In this document: piece by piece, positions 38,667 to 48,661 of the stretch
Position numbering within the stretch: position 1 is the first letter of the stretch
How the letters are laid out: the number at the start of each line of letters is the position of its first letter
DNA from: Candidatus Hydrogenedentota bacterium
Lineage (GTDB): Bacteria; Hydrogenedentota; Hydrogenedentia; Hydrogenedentales; SLHB01
Reading direction: 5' to 3'
DNA: 64,000 nt
NCBI GenBank assembly: GCA_963668025.2
Contig: CAXXTH010000009.1
Location: 1 to 64,000 of the forward strand
Notes under the pieces: model-generated
Seen by the model: the letters and a program-made list of their open reading frames with translations, nothing else
The model's database searches: none
What the model was told of the DNA's origin: nothing
Program-made: the position numbers and the translations under genes

Positions 38667-39647
38667 ATGAAGATTAAAACGCCGCTATCAAACCGTGCGC
38701 ACGCGGGATACCATGCGATTCCGCTGGCGGCGCTTCAATTGGACAAAGTGGCCAGTTTCAGCCTGTATATCCAGCCTCAAAAAGATGGGGCATTTGTGTT
38801 GTACCGGGAGGAGAATCTGCCATTCGATAGCGCGGAGCGGGAACGCTTACTCGATAACGGCGTAGCGGAGCTGTTTGTTCCGGATGACGGAATACCGGCG
38901 TACCATCGCTATCTCGAGGAAAACCTAGGTCCGATTTTATCCGATCCGGCGCTAACCGTGAACGAGAAATCATCGGCGTTATATGGCGCATTGAGGGGCA
39001 TCGTAGAGGATGTGTTCACGGACCCTCGCGCGGCGACTGTCCTGCCGCGCAGCCGGGAGGTGGTGCAGCACACGTGCTTTTTCCTCGAGACACAAGCGGG
39101 GGCCCTGCAAAGCTTAATGCAGGTATGCGTATTTGATTACTCGACATTCACGCACAGCGTGAATGTCTTCGTGTTCGCGATGGCCTTGGGCCACCGGGTG
39201 TTTCCTCCCGAATTACTGCGCAACGAATTCGGCCTCGGCGCGCTGCTGCATGATATCGGTAAAAGCCGTATTCCCCCCCACATCTTGAATTGCCCTGGAA
39301 AACTCTCCTCTACGCAATTCGAAATCATGAAACGCCATGTAGTCTATGGATACGATATGTTGAAAGAAGCGGGCGTGGATCCCCTTGTGCTCGATATGGC
39401 GCGCAACCATCACGAACGCATGTGCGGCGGGGGGTATCCGGACAACTTGCGCGGCAACAAAATCCGGAAGGAAACCCGCTGCATTACCATAGCGGATGTG
39501 TTTGACGCGCTTACGACCAAACGTTCTTACAAAGACGCCATGGATTCCTTTAAGGCGCTTCAGCTTATGCGGGACACCATGTACGAATATCTTGACCCAA
39601 AACTGTTCGATATCTTCGTGCGCATGCTGGGCGAATCCCAAGTGTGA
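38667..39647 (+). CDS. HD-GYP domain phosphodiesterase
   Basis: HSVNV, LLHDIGK, HHERMCGGGYP, IADVFDALTTKRSYK. Confidence 0.93.
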   Translation: MKIKTPLSNRAHAGYHAIPLAALQLDKVASFSLYIQPQKDGAFVLYREENLPFDSAERERLLDNGVAELFVPDDGIPAYHRYLEENLGPILSDPALTVNEKSSALYGALRGIVEDVFTDPRAATVLPRSREVVQHTCFFLETQAGALQSLMQVCVFDYSTFTHSVNVFVFAMALGHRVFPPELLRNEFGLGALLHDIGKSRIPPHILNCPGKLSSTQFEIMKRHVVYGYDMLKEAGVDPLVLDMARNHHERMCGGGYPDNLRGNKIRKETRCITIADVFDALTTKRSYKDAMDSFKALQLMRDTMYEYLDPKLFDIFVRMLGESQV

Positions 39648-39687
39648 ACCGCATGCCGAAGCATGGATCGCGGCATTGCCATGCCGC

Positions 39688-40308
39688 TCAAAAATCTCTA
39701 CGGGATTCAGCGGCAAGGAGTTTCACGATAAATACGGTCGCCCTCTCCTGCATTTCCGTGGCGAAATCGTCGATGCGGCGGGAAAACCAGCTATGAAACG
39801 CCGCCGCCGGGATGGCGACGCATAAGCCGCCGACCGTGGTGATGAGGGCCTTCGAGATGCCATCGGACAGGACTTGCGGATTCCCGATGCCTTGCGCGGT
39901 GATGGCGTCAAATACGGTGATCATACCGAGCACGGTCCCCAGCAGCCCCAAAAGCGGGCTGACCACGGCGACAATTTCGAGCAAGGTGAGGCCGCGTTCG
40001 AGCTGGCCCACTTGCGTGCGCCCGGTCGCATGCATGACCTCGGTCACTTGCCCATGTTCAAGATGGCGGGAGCGGATGCATTCCTCGATGATGCGCGCCA
40101 TGGCCCCGCGCGCGCTTTTACACAGATTCAAGGCGTTTTCCGGTGACGTGCGTTCGGAGTACTCCTCGATCAAGCGCAGCACCTGGCTGTCCAACACAAT
40201 GCCTTTTCGCAATGCAAAAAATCGTTCGATGACCACGGTAAGCCCGGCCAGGGAACACAGCCCAATCACAATCATCGTTCCGCCGCCTTGGGCGAGGGTA
40301 TGAAACAT
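39688..40308 (-). CDS. MotA/TolQ/ExbB proton channel protein
   Basis: SPLLGLLGTVLGMITVF, LSDGISKALITTVGGL.VAIPA; no exbD partner adjacent. Confidence 0.92.
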   Translation of the reverse strand: MFHTLAQGGGTMIVIGLCSLAGLTVVIERFFALRKGIVLDSQVLRLIEEYSERTSPENALNLCKSARGAMARIIEECIRSRHLEHGQVTEVMHATGRTQVGQLERGLTLLEIVAVVSPLLGLLGTVLGMITVFDAITAQGIGNPQVLSDGISKALITTVGGLCVAIPAAAFHSWFSRRIDDFATEMQERATVFIVKLLAAESRRDF

Positions 40309-40486
40309 GGCTCCTCCTCGATTTTTCGCTGGCTCGACGCCACGCCGGGGTATTATACTCATGCGAGGTCTTTTCTGGTAGAAGGGCGGCGGGATTGTAC
40401 GCTTCCTTATACTATGTTAAGATTACTCAAGCCGTGTCAGAAGCGGCATTTGTGTAACAAATCAACGAGAGGTTTGGATAGCGCGC

Positions 40487-42460
40487 ATGAATGGCTTTCT
40501 CAAGCAGTTGTCGCTGTGGATCGTGATCACGATCATTCTGATCCTGGCGCTCACCAACATGAAGAGCACGCAGACCCAGAAGGTGGAACTGGGCCGCAAG
40601 GATTTTGAAGAGCAGCTCGCCGCGGGCAACATCGATTCGTTGCGCGTTAAATATCATGGCAACAATCCATTACGCGAGTATGACATCAAATTCAAGGAAC
40701 CGGTCAGCGAACAAAAAGGCATGTTACTCAAAGTGGGTGAAGACATGCCGGATGACTGGCGCCAGCTCTTGAAGCAGCAAAATGTGAATTGGGGCGAGGA
40801 AGAGCAGAGCGCCATGAGCGATCTCTGGATGTCGCTGCTGCTCAACGTGGTTCCTTTCCTGCTCATCGTGGGCTTCTTTTGGTTTTTCATGTTCCGCCAG
40901 ATGCAAGGCGGTAATAATAAAGCCATGTCTTTCGGTAAAAGCCGCGCCCGCATGGTGAACCAAAGCGACAAAGTGGTCACCTTCGATGATGTGGCGGGCG
41001 TGGATGAAGCGAAAGAAGAACTGCAAGAGATCATCGAGTTTCTGAAAGACCCGAAAAAGTTCTCCCGTTTGGGCGGCAAGATCCCGAAAGGCGTGTTGCT
41101 CGTGGGGCCTCCAGGTTGTGGCAAGACCTTATTGGCGCGCGCCGTGGCAGGGGAAGCCCATGTGCCGTTCTTCAGCATCAGCGGTTCGGATTTCGTCGAG
41201 ATGTTCGTCGGCGTAGGCGCGAGCCGGGTGCGCGACCTGTTCCAGCAAGGTCAAAAACACGCGCCTTGCATCATCTTCATTGATGAGATCGACGCCGTGG
41301 GGCGGCAGCGCGGCGCGGGCTTGGGCGGCGGACATGATGAACGCGAGCAGACTTTAAATCAGCTCCTGGTCGAAATGGACGGCTTCAACACCAGCGAAGG
41401 CGTCATTCTGATGGCGGCGACGAACCGGCCTGACGTGCTCGACCGGGCGCTGTTGCGGCCTGGCCGCTTCGACAGGCAAGTCGTTGTCGCCAATCCGGAT
41501 ATCAAAGGCCGTGAGGCCATTTTGGGCATCCATGTGCGCAACAATAAAGTGCCGCTAGATAATACGGTGGACATTCGCAAACTCGCCCGGGGCACCCCCG
41601 GATTCTCGGGCGCGGATCTTGCGAACATGGTGAATGAAGCCGCCCTGCTCGCCGCACGGCGCTTACAAGATGAAGTCACCATGGTGGATTTCGAGGACGC
41701 GAAGGACCGCGTGCTGATGGGTCCTGAGCGCAGGAGCTTGGTGATCAGCCCGGAAGAAAAACGCAACACGGCCTACCATGAAGCGGGCCACGCCCTCATC
41801 GGGCGCTTGCTTCCGGATTGCGATCCCGTGCATAAAGTGACCATCATTCCGCGAGGCCCCGCACTCGGCCTTACGAGCATGCTGCCCGAGGAAGACCGCC
41901 ATGGCTATTCGAAGTCGTTTTGCCTGGCGCGGATTCGGGTGATGATGGGCGGGCGCGCCGCCGAGGAAGTGGTTTTTCATGAATATTCGAGCGGCGCATC
42001 GAGCGACCTCAAAAACGCCACGGAATTGGCCCATGCCATGGTCTGCCAGTGGGGCATGTCGGAATTAGGGCCCATTTCGTTTGGCAGCAACTCGGAAGTG
42101 TTTCTCGGGCGCGATTTCGTCCGGGAGCGTGAGTTCAGTGAGGAAACGGCTTCCGCCGTGGACCAGGCCATCCATAAAATCTTGGAAGAGGGCTATAAAG
42201 ACACGAAAGCGCTCATCGAGAAACATAAAGATGTGCTTGCGGCCATAGCCGAAACCCTTGTCGAGAAAGAAACGCTCGAGGCGGAAGAGCTCGACGATAT
42301 TATCCACAAAGCTGGCGGCGACGATATACTCCCGCCGCACCCGAAAAAGATGCCGCCTCCTTTTGTTACCGCTAAGGTGGCGGCCCCTGTACCAAATCCT
42401 GAGCCGGATTCGGGCAAGCTGGAGCCTGCACCAGGAAAACCTGTTCCCGGTACGGCATAA
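40487..42460 (+). CDS. ftsH: ATP-dependent zinc metalloprotease FtsH
   Basis: Two TM helices, [35 protein letters not shown]. Confidence 0.98.
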   Translation: MNGFLKQLSLWIVITIILILALTNMKSTQTQKVELGRKDFEEQLAAGNIDSLRVKYHGNNPLREYDIKFKEPVSEQKGMLLKVGEDMPDDWRQLLKQQNVNWGEEEQSAMSDLWMSLLLNVVPFLLIVGFFWFFMFRQMQGGNNKAMSFGKSRARMVNQSDKVVTFDDVAGVDEAKEELQEIIEFLKDPKKFSRLGGKIPKGVLLVGPPGCGKTLLARAVAGEAHVPFFSISGSDFVEMFVGVGASRVRDLFQQGQKHAPCIIFIDEIDAVGRQRGAGLGGGHDEREQTLNQLLVEMDGFNTSEGVILMAATNRPDVLDRALLRPGRFDRQVVVANPDIKGREAILGIHVRNNKVPLDNTVDIRKLARGTPGFSGADLANMVNEAALLAARRLQDEVTMVDFEDAKDRVLMGPERRSLVISPEEKRNTAYHEAGHALIGRLLPDCDPVHKVTIIPRGPALGLTSMLPEEDRHGYSKSFCLARIRVMMGGRAAEEVVFHEYSSGASSDLKNATELAHAMVCQWGMSELGPISFGSNSEVFLGRDFVREREFSEETASAVDQAIHKILEEGYKDTKALIEKHKDVLAAIAETLVEKETLEAEELDDIIHKAGGDDILPPHPKKMPPPFVTAKVAAPVPNPEPDSGKLEPAPGKPVPGTA

Positions 42461-42463
42461 AAT

Positions 42464-43306
42464 ATGATGAATGCAGTATCACCACTTCAAGAACGCATGC
42501 GCAATGCGACGCTTTTAATGGGCGTCGTGAATGTGACCCCTGACTCGTTCTACGATGGAGGCGCGTATCTTGAACTGGATAAGGCGGAATCTCGGGCGCT
42601 CCAACTCATGGAAGATGGGGCGGACATCATCGATGTGGGCGGCGAATCCACCCGCCCCGGTTCGGAAGAAGTCAATCCTGAGACCGAACAAGCCCGCATA
42701 CTCCCGCTCATCGAGCGCCTTTGCGCGCGAGGAATCCCGGTTTCGGTGGATACGCGCCACGCCAGCGCCGCCCGCCACGCCCTTGCCCTTGGGGCCAGTA
42801 TGGTTAATGACATTTCCGCGCTGCGGGGAGACCCCGATATGGCGCAAGTGGTCGCGGAAGCGGGGTGCGCCTGCGTCCTCATGCACATGCAGGGCACGCC
42901 CGGCACGATGCAGCATGCGCCGCAATACCACGATATCATCGGCGATGTATGCGCGTTCTTCGAAGAACGCATTGAATTCGCCACGCGGCAGGGCATCGCC
43001 GAGTCCGCCCTATGGCTGGATCCCGGCTTCGGCTTCGGTAAAACGCCCGCTCACAATCTCGAATTACTGCGCAGGCTGCGCGAATTTACCCGTTTTGGCC
43101 TGCCTATTCTTGTCGGTACCTCTAACAAATCCACCATTGGACATGTGCTCAACTTGCCCGTGGACCAGCGTATGGAAGGCACCGCCGCGACGGTTGCTAT
43201 TGCAATCGCCAACGGAGCCGCAGCCGTGCGCGTCCACGATGTAAAAACCATGGCGCGCGTCGCACGCATGTGCGACGCTATCCTGGGACGGGGGAATGAT
43301 GGCTAA
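42464..43306 (+). CDS. folP: Dihydropteroate synthase
   Basis: MGVVNVTPDSFYDGG, IDVGGESTRPG, DPGFGFGK, VRVHDV. Confidence 0.97.
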   Translation: MMNAVSPLQERMRNATLLMGVVNVTPDSFYDGGAYLELDKAESRALQLMEDGADIIDVGGESTRPGSEEVNPETEQARILPLIERLCARGIPVSVDTRHASAARHALALGASMVNDISALRGDPDMAQVVAEAGCACVLMHMQGTPGTMQHAPQYHDIIGDVCAFFEERIEFATRQGIAESALWLDPGFGFGKTPAHNLELLRRLREFTRFGLPILVGTSNKSTIGHVLNLPVDQRMEGTAATVAIAIANGAAAVRVHDVKTMARVARMCDAILGRGNDG

Positions 43307-44645
43307 ACGATTATTTGGGACAGACGGCATCCGGGGTATCGCCAATATACACCCCATGACGGTCGAGATGGCCTTGGCCGTCGGCCGCGCCGCAGGGCAT
43401 CTCTTCCAGCAAGAGAAACGGCAGCACACCATTCTTATCGGCAAAGACACCCGCGTGTCGGGTTACATGTTCGAGAATGCGCTCACTGCCGGTTTGTGCT
43501 CGATGGGCATCCATGTGCTGCTGGTGGGGCCGCTGCCCACGCCAGGCGTCTCGTATATCATGCGCAGTTTGCGGTGCGACGCCGCCATCATGATTTCCGC
43601 TTCCCACAATCCGTTCCACTATAACGGCATCAAGCTGTTCGGCCCAGACGGCTTTAAGATCGCGGACGAGATGGAAGACGCCATCGAGCGCCTTGTCACC
43701 ACGAAAGGCATCGACGATATCCGCCCCACGGCGGAAAATATCGGCACCGCCCGCCGCATCGACGACGCCGTCGGGCGTTACATCGAGTTCATCAAAGCCA
43801 GTTTCCCGAAAGGCCTGCGGCTGGATGGATTGCGCGTGGTGTGCGATTGCGCCCATGGCGCGGCCTATAAAATCGGCCCGAACGCCCTGCGCGAACTGGG
43901 CGCGACGGTTATCCCCATCGGCGACAAGCCCGATGGGCGCAACATTAATGAAGGGGTGGGCTCGATGCATCCCGAGGAAATGCGCGCCACGGTTATTCGC
44001 GAACGCGCGGATGTCGGCATCGCTTTTGACGGCGACGCGGACCGTTTGCTCATGGCCGACGAAGAAGGCCGCTTGCTGGATGGCAACGCCCTGCTGTCGA
44101 TATTAGCCCGGGATTTGCTCGAGCGCGACGCCCTGCCGAACAAAACCATCGCCACGACCATCATGGCCAATGGCGGCTTGCAGCGCGCACTCGACTCCTA
44201 CGGCGCTAAGGTCATATGGACGAATGTGGGCGACCGGTGGGTAGTCGACGCCATGCGGGAACATGGCATCAGCCTGGGCGGAGAGCCTTCGGGCCACCTA
44301 GTGTTGCTCGAACACAACACCACGGGCGACGCCGCTATCGCCGCCTTGCAAGTCTTGGCCATCATGCTCCGCCGCGACCAGCCGTTATCCGTGCTGGCCA
44401 GCGTCTACCAGCCCATGCCGGAGGCCCATGCCAACGTCAAACTGGATGGCGGCAAACGGCCGAGCGAAGAAGCGCTGGGCAAGATCCTAAGCGAAGCGGA
44501 AGAACGCATCGCCGGGGCGGGCCGGGTCGTCATCCGCCCCTCGGGCACGGAACCCCTGGTGCGTGTCATGGTGCAACATGAAGCCCGGCGCACTGCGGAA
44601 TCCTTGGCCAAGGAACTGGCCGGAAAAGTAAGCGCGTTGAAATGA
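43296..44645 (+). CDS. glmM: Phosphoglucosamine mutase
   Basis: FGTDGIRG, ISASHNP, FDGDADR, GGEPSGH, RPSGTEP. Confidence 0.96.
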   Translation: MMAKRLFGTDGIRGIANIHPMTVEMALAVGRAAGHLFQQEKRQHTILIGKDTRVSGYMFENALTAGLCSMGIHVLLVGPLPTPGVSYIMRSLRCDAAIMISASHNPFHYNGIKLFGPDGFKIADEMEDAIERLVTTKGIDDIRPTAENIGTARRIDDAVGRYIEFIKASFPKGLRLDGLRVVCDCAHGAAYKIGPNALRELGATVIPIGDKPDGRNINEGVGSMHPEEMRATVIRERADVGIAFDGDADRLLMADEEGRLLDGNALLSILARDLLERDALPNKTIATTIMANGGLQRALDSYGAKVIWTNVGDRWVVDAMREHGISLGGEPSGHLVLLEHNTTGDAAIAALQVLAIMLRRDQPLSVLASVYQPMPEAHANVKLDGGKRPSEEALGKILSEAEERIAGAGRVVIRPSGTEPLVRVMVQHEARRTAESLAKELAGKVSALK

Positions 44646-44653
44646 TGAATGCC

Positions 44654-44935
44654 GTAGGGTGGGGCTTGCCCCACCGTTCACCGCAGAAAGCCTTGGTGGG
44701 GCAAGCCCCACCCTACATAGTGAATTCGTACTACTAACGAACAAAATCTTGCTTTATCGCAAGGGCATTCTTTGTAAATCAAATTGAATCTAGTTGTTAT
44801 GGCATACGTTTTTATGATGTTTTGGTTGGCTCTTCCTTTGACTGGTGGGGCAAGCCCCACCCTACGCTTCAAATTTTAGTGTATTTCGTGTATTTAGTGG
44901 TTAGAATCCGGATCTTTGGTTGCGGCCATGCCGCG
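44654..44935. repeat. Cluster of three family-A GTAG REPs plus composite module
   Basis: GTAGGGTGGGGCTTGCCCCACC at 44654 and inverted copies at ~44695 and ~44843. Confidence 0.85.
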
Positions 44936-44989
44936 CCATGGATAATCGCGTCCATTCGCGGCTAGAGAAAATGAGCGGGAGTGCGTACC

Positions 44990-45712
44990 ATGATTGAATT
45001 AGGCGTCAATATCGACCACGTGGCCACCTTGCGGCAAGCGCGCCGGGGCGTCGAGCCTGACATCATCGCCGCCGCCAAGATTTGTGAACTCGCGGGCGCA
45101 CACCAGATCACTGTCCATCTGCGGCAGGACCGCCGCCATATCCAAGACCGCGATGTCGAACTGCTCTCGCAAGTCCTCCTGGCGCGCCTCAACCTCGAGA
45201 TGGCCGCCGTGGACGAGATCATCGGCATCGCCCACCGCATCAAACCCCATACCGTCTGCCTCGTGCCCGAAAAGCGCGAAGAAGTGACTACCGAAGGCGG
45301 CCTCGATGTGGCGGGCCAAGTGGCGCGCCTGCGCGGCGTGGTCTCGGATTTCCACAGCGACGGCATCAAGGTGAGCATGTTCATCGATCCTGAAAGCAAG
45401 CAAGTCGACGCGAGCGCCGAAACGGGCGCGGACTACGTCGAACTCCACACTGGGGCGTACGCCAACGCCAAGGCCGACGCCGTCATGGAGGAAGTAGACC
45501 GCTTGGCCAATGCCGCCGCCCGCGCCATCGCCAACGGCCTTGTCTTCAATTCAGGCCACGGCCTCACGGTCCGCAACCTCCCCGCAGTCGCCGCCATCCC
45601 CGCGCTAAACGAAGTCAACATCGGCCATTCGATCCTGTCCCGCGCCCTGTTCATCGGCCTCGAAAACGCCGTGCGCGAGATCCTGGATGTCCTTGCGCAA
45701 TACGGGGAATGA
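44990..45712 (+). CDS. pdxJ: Pyridoxine 5'-phosphate synthase
   Basis: [52 protein letters not shown]. Confidence 0.97.
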   Translation: MIELGVNIDHVATLRQARRGVEPDIIAAAKICELAGAHQITVHLRQDRRHIQDRDVELLSQVLLARLNLEMAAVDEIIGIAHRIKPHTVCLVPEKREEVTTEGGLDVAGQVARLRGVVSDFHSDGIKVSMFIDPESKQVDASAETGADYVELHTGAYANAKADAVMEEVDRLANAAARAIANGLVFNSGHGLTVRNLPAVAAIPALNEVNIGHSILSRALFIGLENAVREILDVLAQYGE

Positions 45713-45834
45713 GAGCCGGATTTAAAAACACCAAATACACTGAAATATGCAGAGGATTATGTAGGGTGGGGCTTGCCCCACCGTTCAAAGGGCAGGCCTG
45801 AAAAGAAGGCATCAAGAGGCCAGAAGCTTTTTAA

Positions 45835-45910
45835 CGCAAGGCGCTGAGTACGCGGAGTTTCGCGGAGTAGAGAGCGCCTCTGCGAAACTCCGCGTTCTCA
45901 GCACCTTGCG
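45835..45910. repeat. Inverted repeat of ~9-nt units (CGCGGAG type)
   Basis: 33-bp arms, 30/33 complementary, 10-nt loop; relatives at 50776-50908 and 57756-57904. Confidence 0.85.
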
Positions 45911-46149
45911 ATTTGTTCATATGCCGATCACACCGCAAGCAATATAAATATGAATATATCGATTTTCAATTACTAATTACTAATTTGACATGAATTAGTA
46001 TGAAATTGACAATTCGTAACGCCATATTTTTAAATAAGTTACAGCTTTTATAGGCAATAGGTTTATTTCTTTCCCGCCATATTTGCGACTTCAAAAAAAC
46101 ACTCTCATTTGGCTGCAACCATATAGATCTCACCAAGAGTATTTTGCTC

Positions 46150-46185
46150 TTGCGTCAATTACTAATTTATGTTATATTAGTAATT
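46150..46185 (+). promoter_or_regulatory. Sigma70-like promoter of the Fic gene overlapped by a perfect 10-9-10 palindrome
   Basis: TTGCGT-17-TATATT with TGn extended -10; AATTACTAAT (46157-46166) / ATTAGTAATT (46176-46185). Confidence 0.6.
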
Positions 46186-46288
46186 ATAAATAGAAATAGT
46201 GTGAAATAATAGCAACGAATTACTAATTTGACATTAATTGACATTAAATTGACAATTTGTAAGTTATTCGATATAAGCGAGTTAAACC

Positions 46289-47626
46289 ATGAGAAAGCCT
46301 GCAACTCCTCCAAAAATCAATGATCCATTCACCACAATAATGGAAGAAAAAGATGAGTTGCCTCTTTCTCTATTTTTTAATTGTGGTCCACTAGTCAACG
46401 GGAAATACATGCATTGGGACAAATTGCGCCGCTGTCCACCTCCTTCAACACTGACTCACCTACAATGGTGGACAAGACTAAAGGCCAATCGTCTGATGGC
46501 CAAGCAGCTTTTGACGCTTCTAGACAAGCAAGGCCACACCTTTTCCTATTGTCGTTTAGCAATACCGGACGAATGGCTATATGAACTGGAACGCCAAGCC
46601 GCAGGCTCTATTGAAATGCCTGTGGATATCATTAATAAAGAATCACGCGACCGGTATTATGTCAATTCTTTGATCGAGGAAGCGATCACGTCAAGCCAGC
46701 TCGAGGGCGCGCACACCACCCGGTTGGTGGCGAAGGAAATGCTCCGCACCCAACGTCCTCCACGAGATCGAAGCGAGCGCATGATTTTGAACAATTACCG
46801 CACGATGCAAAGAATCGACGAGATTAAGAATCAGCCATTGACGAAAGAACTTGTGTTTGAAATCCACCGGCTGGTAACCGATGAAACACTCGATGAATCC
46901 GCAGCCGCGGGCCGTTTCCGAAAACCTACGGAACAAATTCATGTGGGCGGAGATAACGAGGACATCTACCATATCCCCCCTCTCGAGGAAGAACTCGATG
47001 CCCGCATGGAGGCCATGTGCGCCTTTGCCAATCGCCAAGCACCAGAGGAGGGTTTCATTCACCCGGTCATTCGCGCGATCATTTTACATTTCTGGCTCGC
47101 ATATGACCATCCATTCATTGATGGGAATGGACGAACGGCGCGGGCGCTGTTTTATTGGTGCATGCTTCACTATGGATATTGGCTTTTCGCCTACGTCTCC
47201 ATTTCCCGTACCATTTTAAAATCGAGCAGCGCGTATTACCGGGCATTTCTGTACACGGAAACGGATGATAACGACGTGACCTATTTCGTCGTCCATCAAA
47301 TGGATGTCATTCGAAAATCCATGGATGATCTGCATACGTATATCCGCCGCAAATCATTGGAAATAAAACAAGTCGAGGAACGGCTGCACGCATCGGTTTC
47401 ATTTAATCATCGCCAATTGGCGCTATTAAACCACGCCGTGCGCCATCCCAATCAGGCGTACACCATCGAATCACATATGAACAGCCACAATATCTCTTAT
47501 CAGACGGCCCGAACGGATCTACTGGGACTCAAGGAAAGGGGCGTGCTGGTGACAAAGAAAAGAGGAAAGCTCATGATTTTTTCCCCCGTGCGAGGATTGG
47601 AGCAACGCCTAATGGAGCTAGAATAA
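46289..47626 (+). CDS. Fic family protein with N-terminal inhibitory motif and C-terminal winged HTH
   Basis: HPFIDGNGRTAR; SSQLEG; ISYQTARTDLLGL. Confidence 0.95.
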   Translation: MRKPATPPKINDPFTTIMEEKDELPLSLFFNCGPLVNGKYMHWDKLRRCPPPSTLTHLQWWTRLKANRLMAKQLLTLLDKQGHTFSYCRLAIPDEWLYELERQAAGSIEMPVDIINKESRDRYYVNSLIEEAITSSQLEGAHTTRLVAKEMLRTQRPPRDRSERMILNNYRTMQRIDEIKNQPLTKELVFEIHRLVTDETLDESAAAGRFRKPTEQIHVGGDNEDIYHIPPLEEELDARMEAMCAFANRQAPEEGFIHPVIRAIILHFWLAYDHPFIDGNGRTARALFYWCMLHYGYWLFAYVSISRTILKSSSAYYRAFLYTETDDNDVTYFVVHQMDVIRKSMDDLHTYIRRKSLEIKQVEERLHASVSFNHRQLALLNHAVRHPNQAYTIESHMNSHNISYQTARTDLLGLKERGVLVTKKRGKLMIFSPVRGLEQRLMELE

Positions 47627-47647
47627 AAGCAACACTCGTCCCGCCAC

Positions 47648-48169
47648 CTAAAACGTGGCCGTGAAGCCTTCCAGCAACTCCGACACTTCTTCGTAATCGA
47701 GCAGCCTTGCGAAATCGAGGGGGGTCATGCCGCCTATCGTCCATTCATGGACCGCCGTGCTGGCTCCGTATCGAATGAGGAGATCAGCAATTTCGTTTTG
47801 GCCGGTGAGCGCGGCCCAATGGAGCGGCGTCAAACCGGCGTCATTGGCGGCGTCGGGCTCGGCGCCATTCATCAAGAGGGCTTCTACGGACTCGAGGTTG
47901 CCATGGCGCACGGCTTTGTGGAGTGGCGTTTCGCCTTGCTCGTCCCGTTCGCTCGGGTTGGCCCCTTCCGAGAGCAAATCGTTCACGGCATCCTCGAAGC
48001 CCCAGTAAGCCGCACGGTGCAGCGGGGGCAAACTGGGTACTTCCCGCTGGGTGTCGCCTGCTTCCTGGTCCAGCATGATACGGGCGATTTCCGTCCGGCC
48101 GCATCGGGCGACCCTCGAAAAAGGCGTTTCACCAGTGGCATCGGGTTTATGCAGCCATTCGCCGTTCAT
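47648..48169 (-). CDS. Ankyrin-repeat protein
   Basis: PLHRAA, GETPLHKAV, GLTPLHWAA, GMTPLDFA. Confidence 0.92.
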   Translation of the reverse strand: MNGEWLHKPDATGETPFSRVARCGRTEIARIMLDQEAGDTQREVPSLPPLHRAAYWGFEDAVNDLLSEGANPSERDEQGETPLHKAVRHGNLESVEALLMNGAEPDAANDAGLTPLHWAALTGQNEIADLLIRYGASTAVHEWTIGGMTPLDFARLLDYEEVSELLEGFTATF

Positions 48170-48206
48170 TACGCACCTACCTTTTCCGCCCAGGCGGGAG
48201 CCCCAG

Positions 48207-48363
48207 GCATTGAACGTGCGCTGTGCTTCACCTGCAACGCCATCAGGCATGTCCGCTATCCAAACATCCGCGCCACACGGGCATATGCCCAAGCGCGGAC
48301 TCAGGTTTGCGGCCACATGCGGCGCTCTTGCGCCGCCCTTTGGCGTTTTCAGGTTCAATATGC
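48207..48363 (-). ncRNA. Candidate structured leader / ncRNA (family not recognised)
   Basis: Five nested complementary segments plus a side hairpin (see findings). Confidence 0.45.
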
Positions 48364-48429
48364 ACGCACGCCGGGCTGGCCATTCATCTCTGGACCAGGC
48401 CCTGGATTCATCTATGGCGACTGTAGAGA

Positions 48430-48446
48430 AGCATAAATCACGCCAA
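48430..48446 (-). promoter_or_regulatory. Putative sigma54 -24/-12 promoter
   Basis: Minus strand TTGGCGTGATTTATGCT, with GG-N10-GC spacing. Confidence 0.55.
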
Positions 48447-48661
48447 GATACGTTCGAGGAGGGGAGCAGCTCGAAACCAAGAAAAGGCCCAAAATATGCA
48501 AGGAGCGGAAGGCATATCCACAGCACACGGCTATGCCCAAGCAGGCAAATGACGGGAAACGGGCAATTTGACAAAAGAATCGCCGATTAGGCCGCCTGAT
48601 TTAAACATGAATGCGGGCGGCCTTCTCAGAATGTGGTGAAGAAGGTAGCGTTCTTATTTTC

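Noticed and set aside
44654-44935. CRISPR array
   Set aside because: The repeats are inverted GTAG palindromes with irregular spacing; no cas genes
45975-46262. CRISPR array or plasmid iteron origin
   Set aside because: Only two long units 243 bp apart; no rep gene or DnaA boxes noticed
48170-48574. 135-aa N-terminal extension of the ankyrin ORF
   Set aside because: Composition is not protein-like; the region is better explained as promoter plus leader
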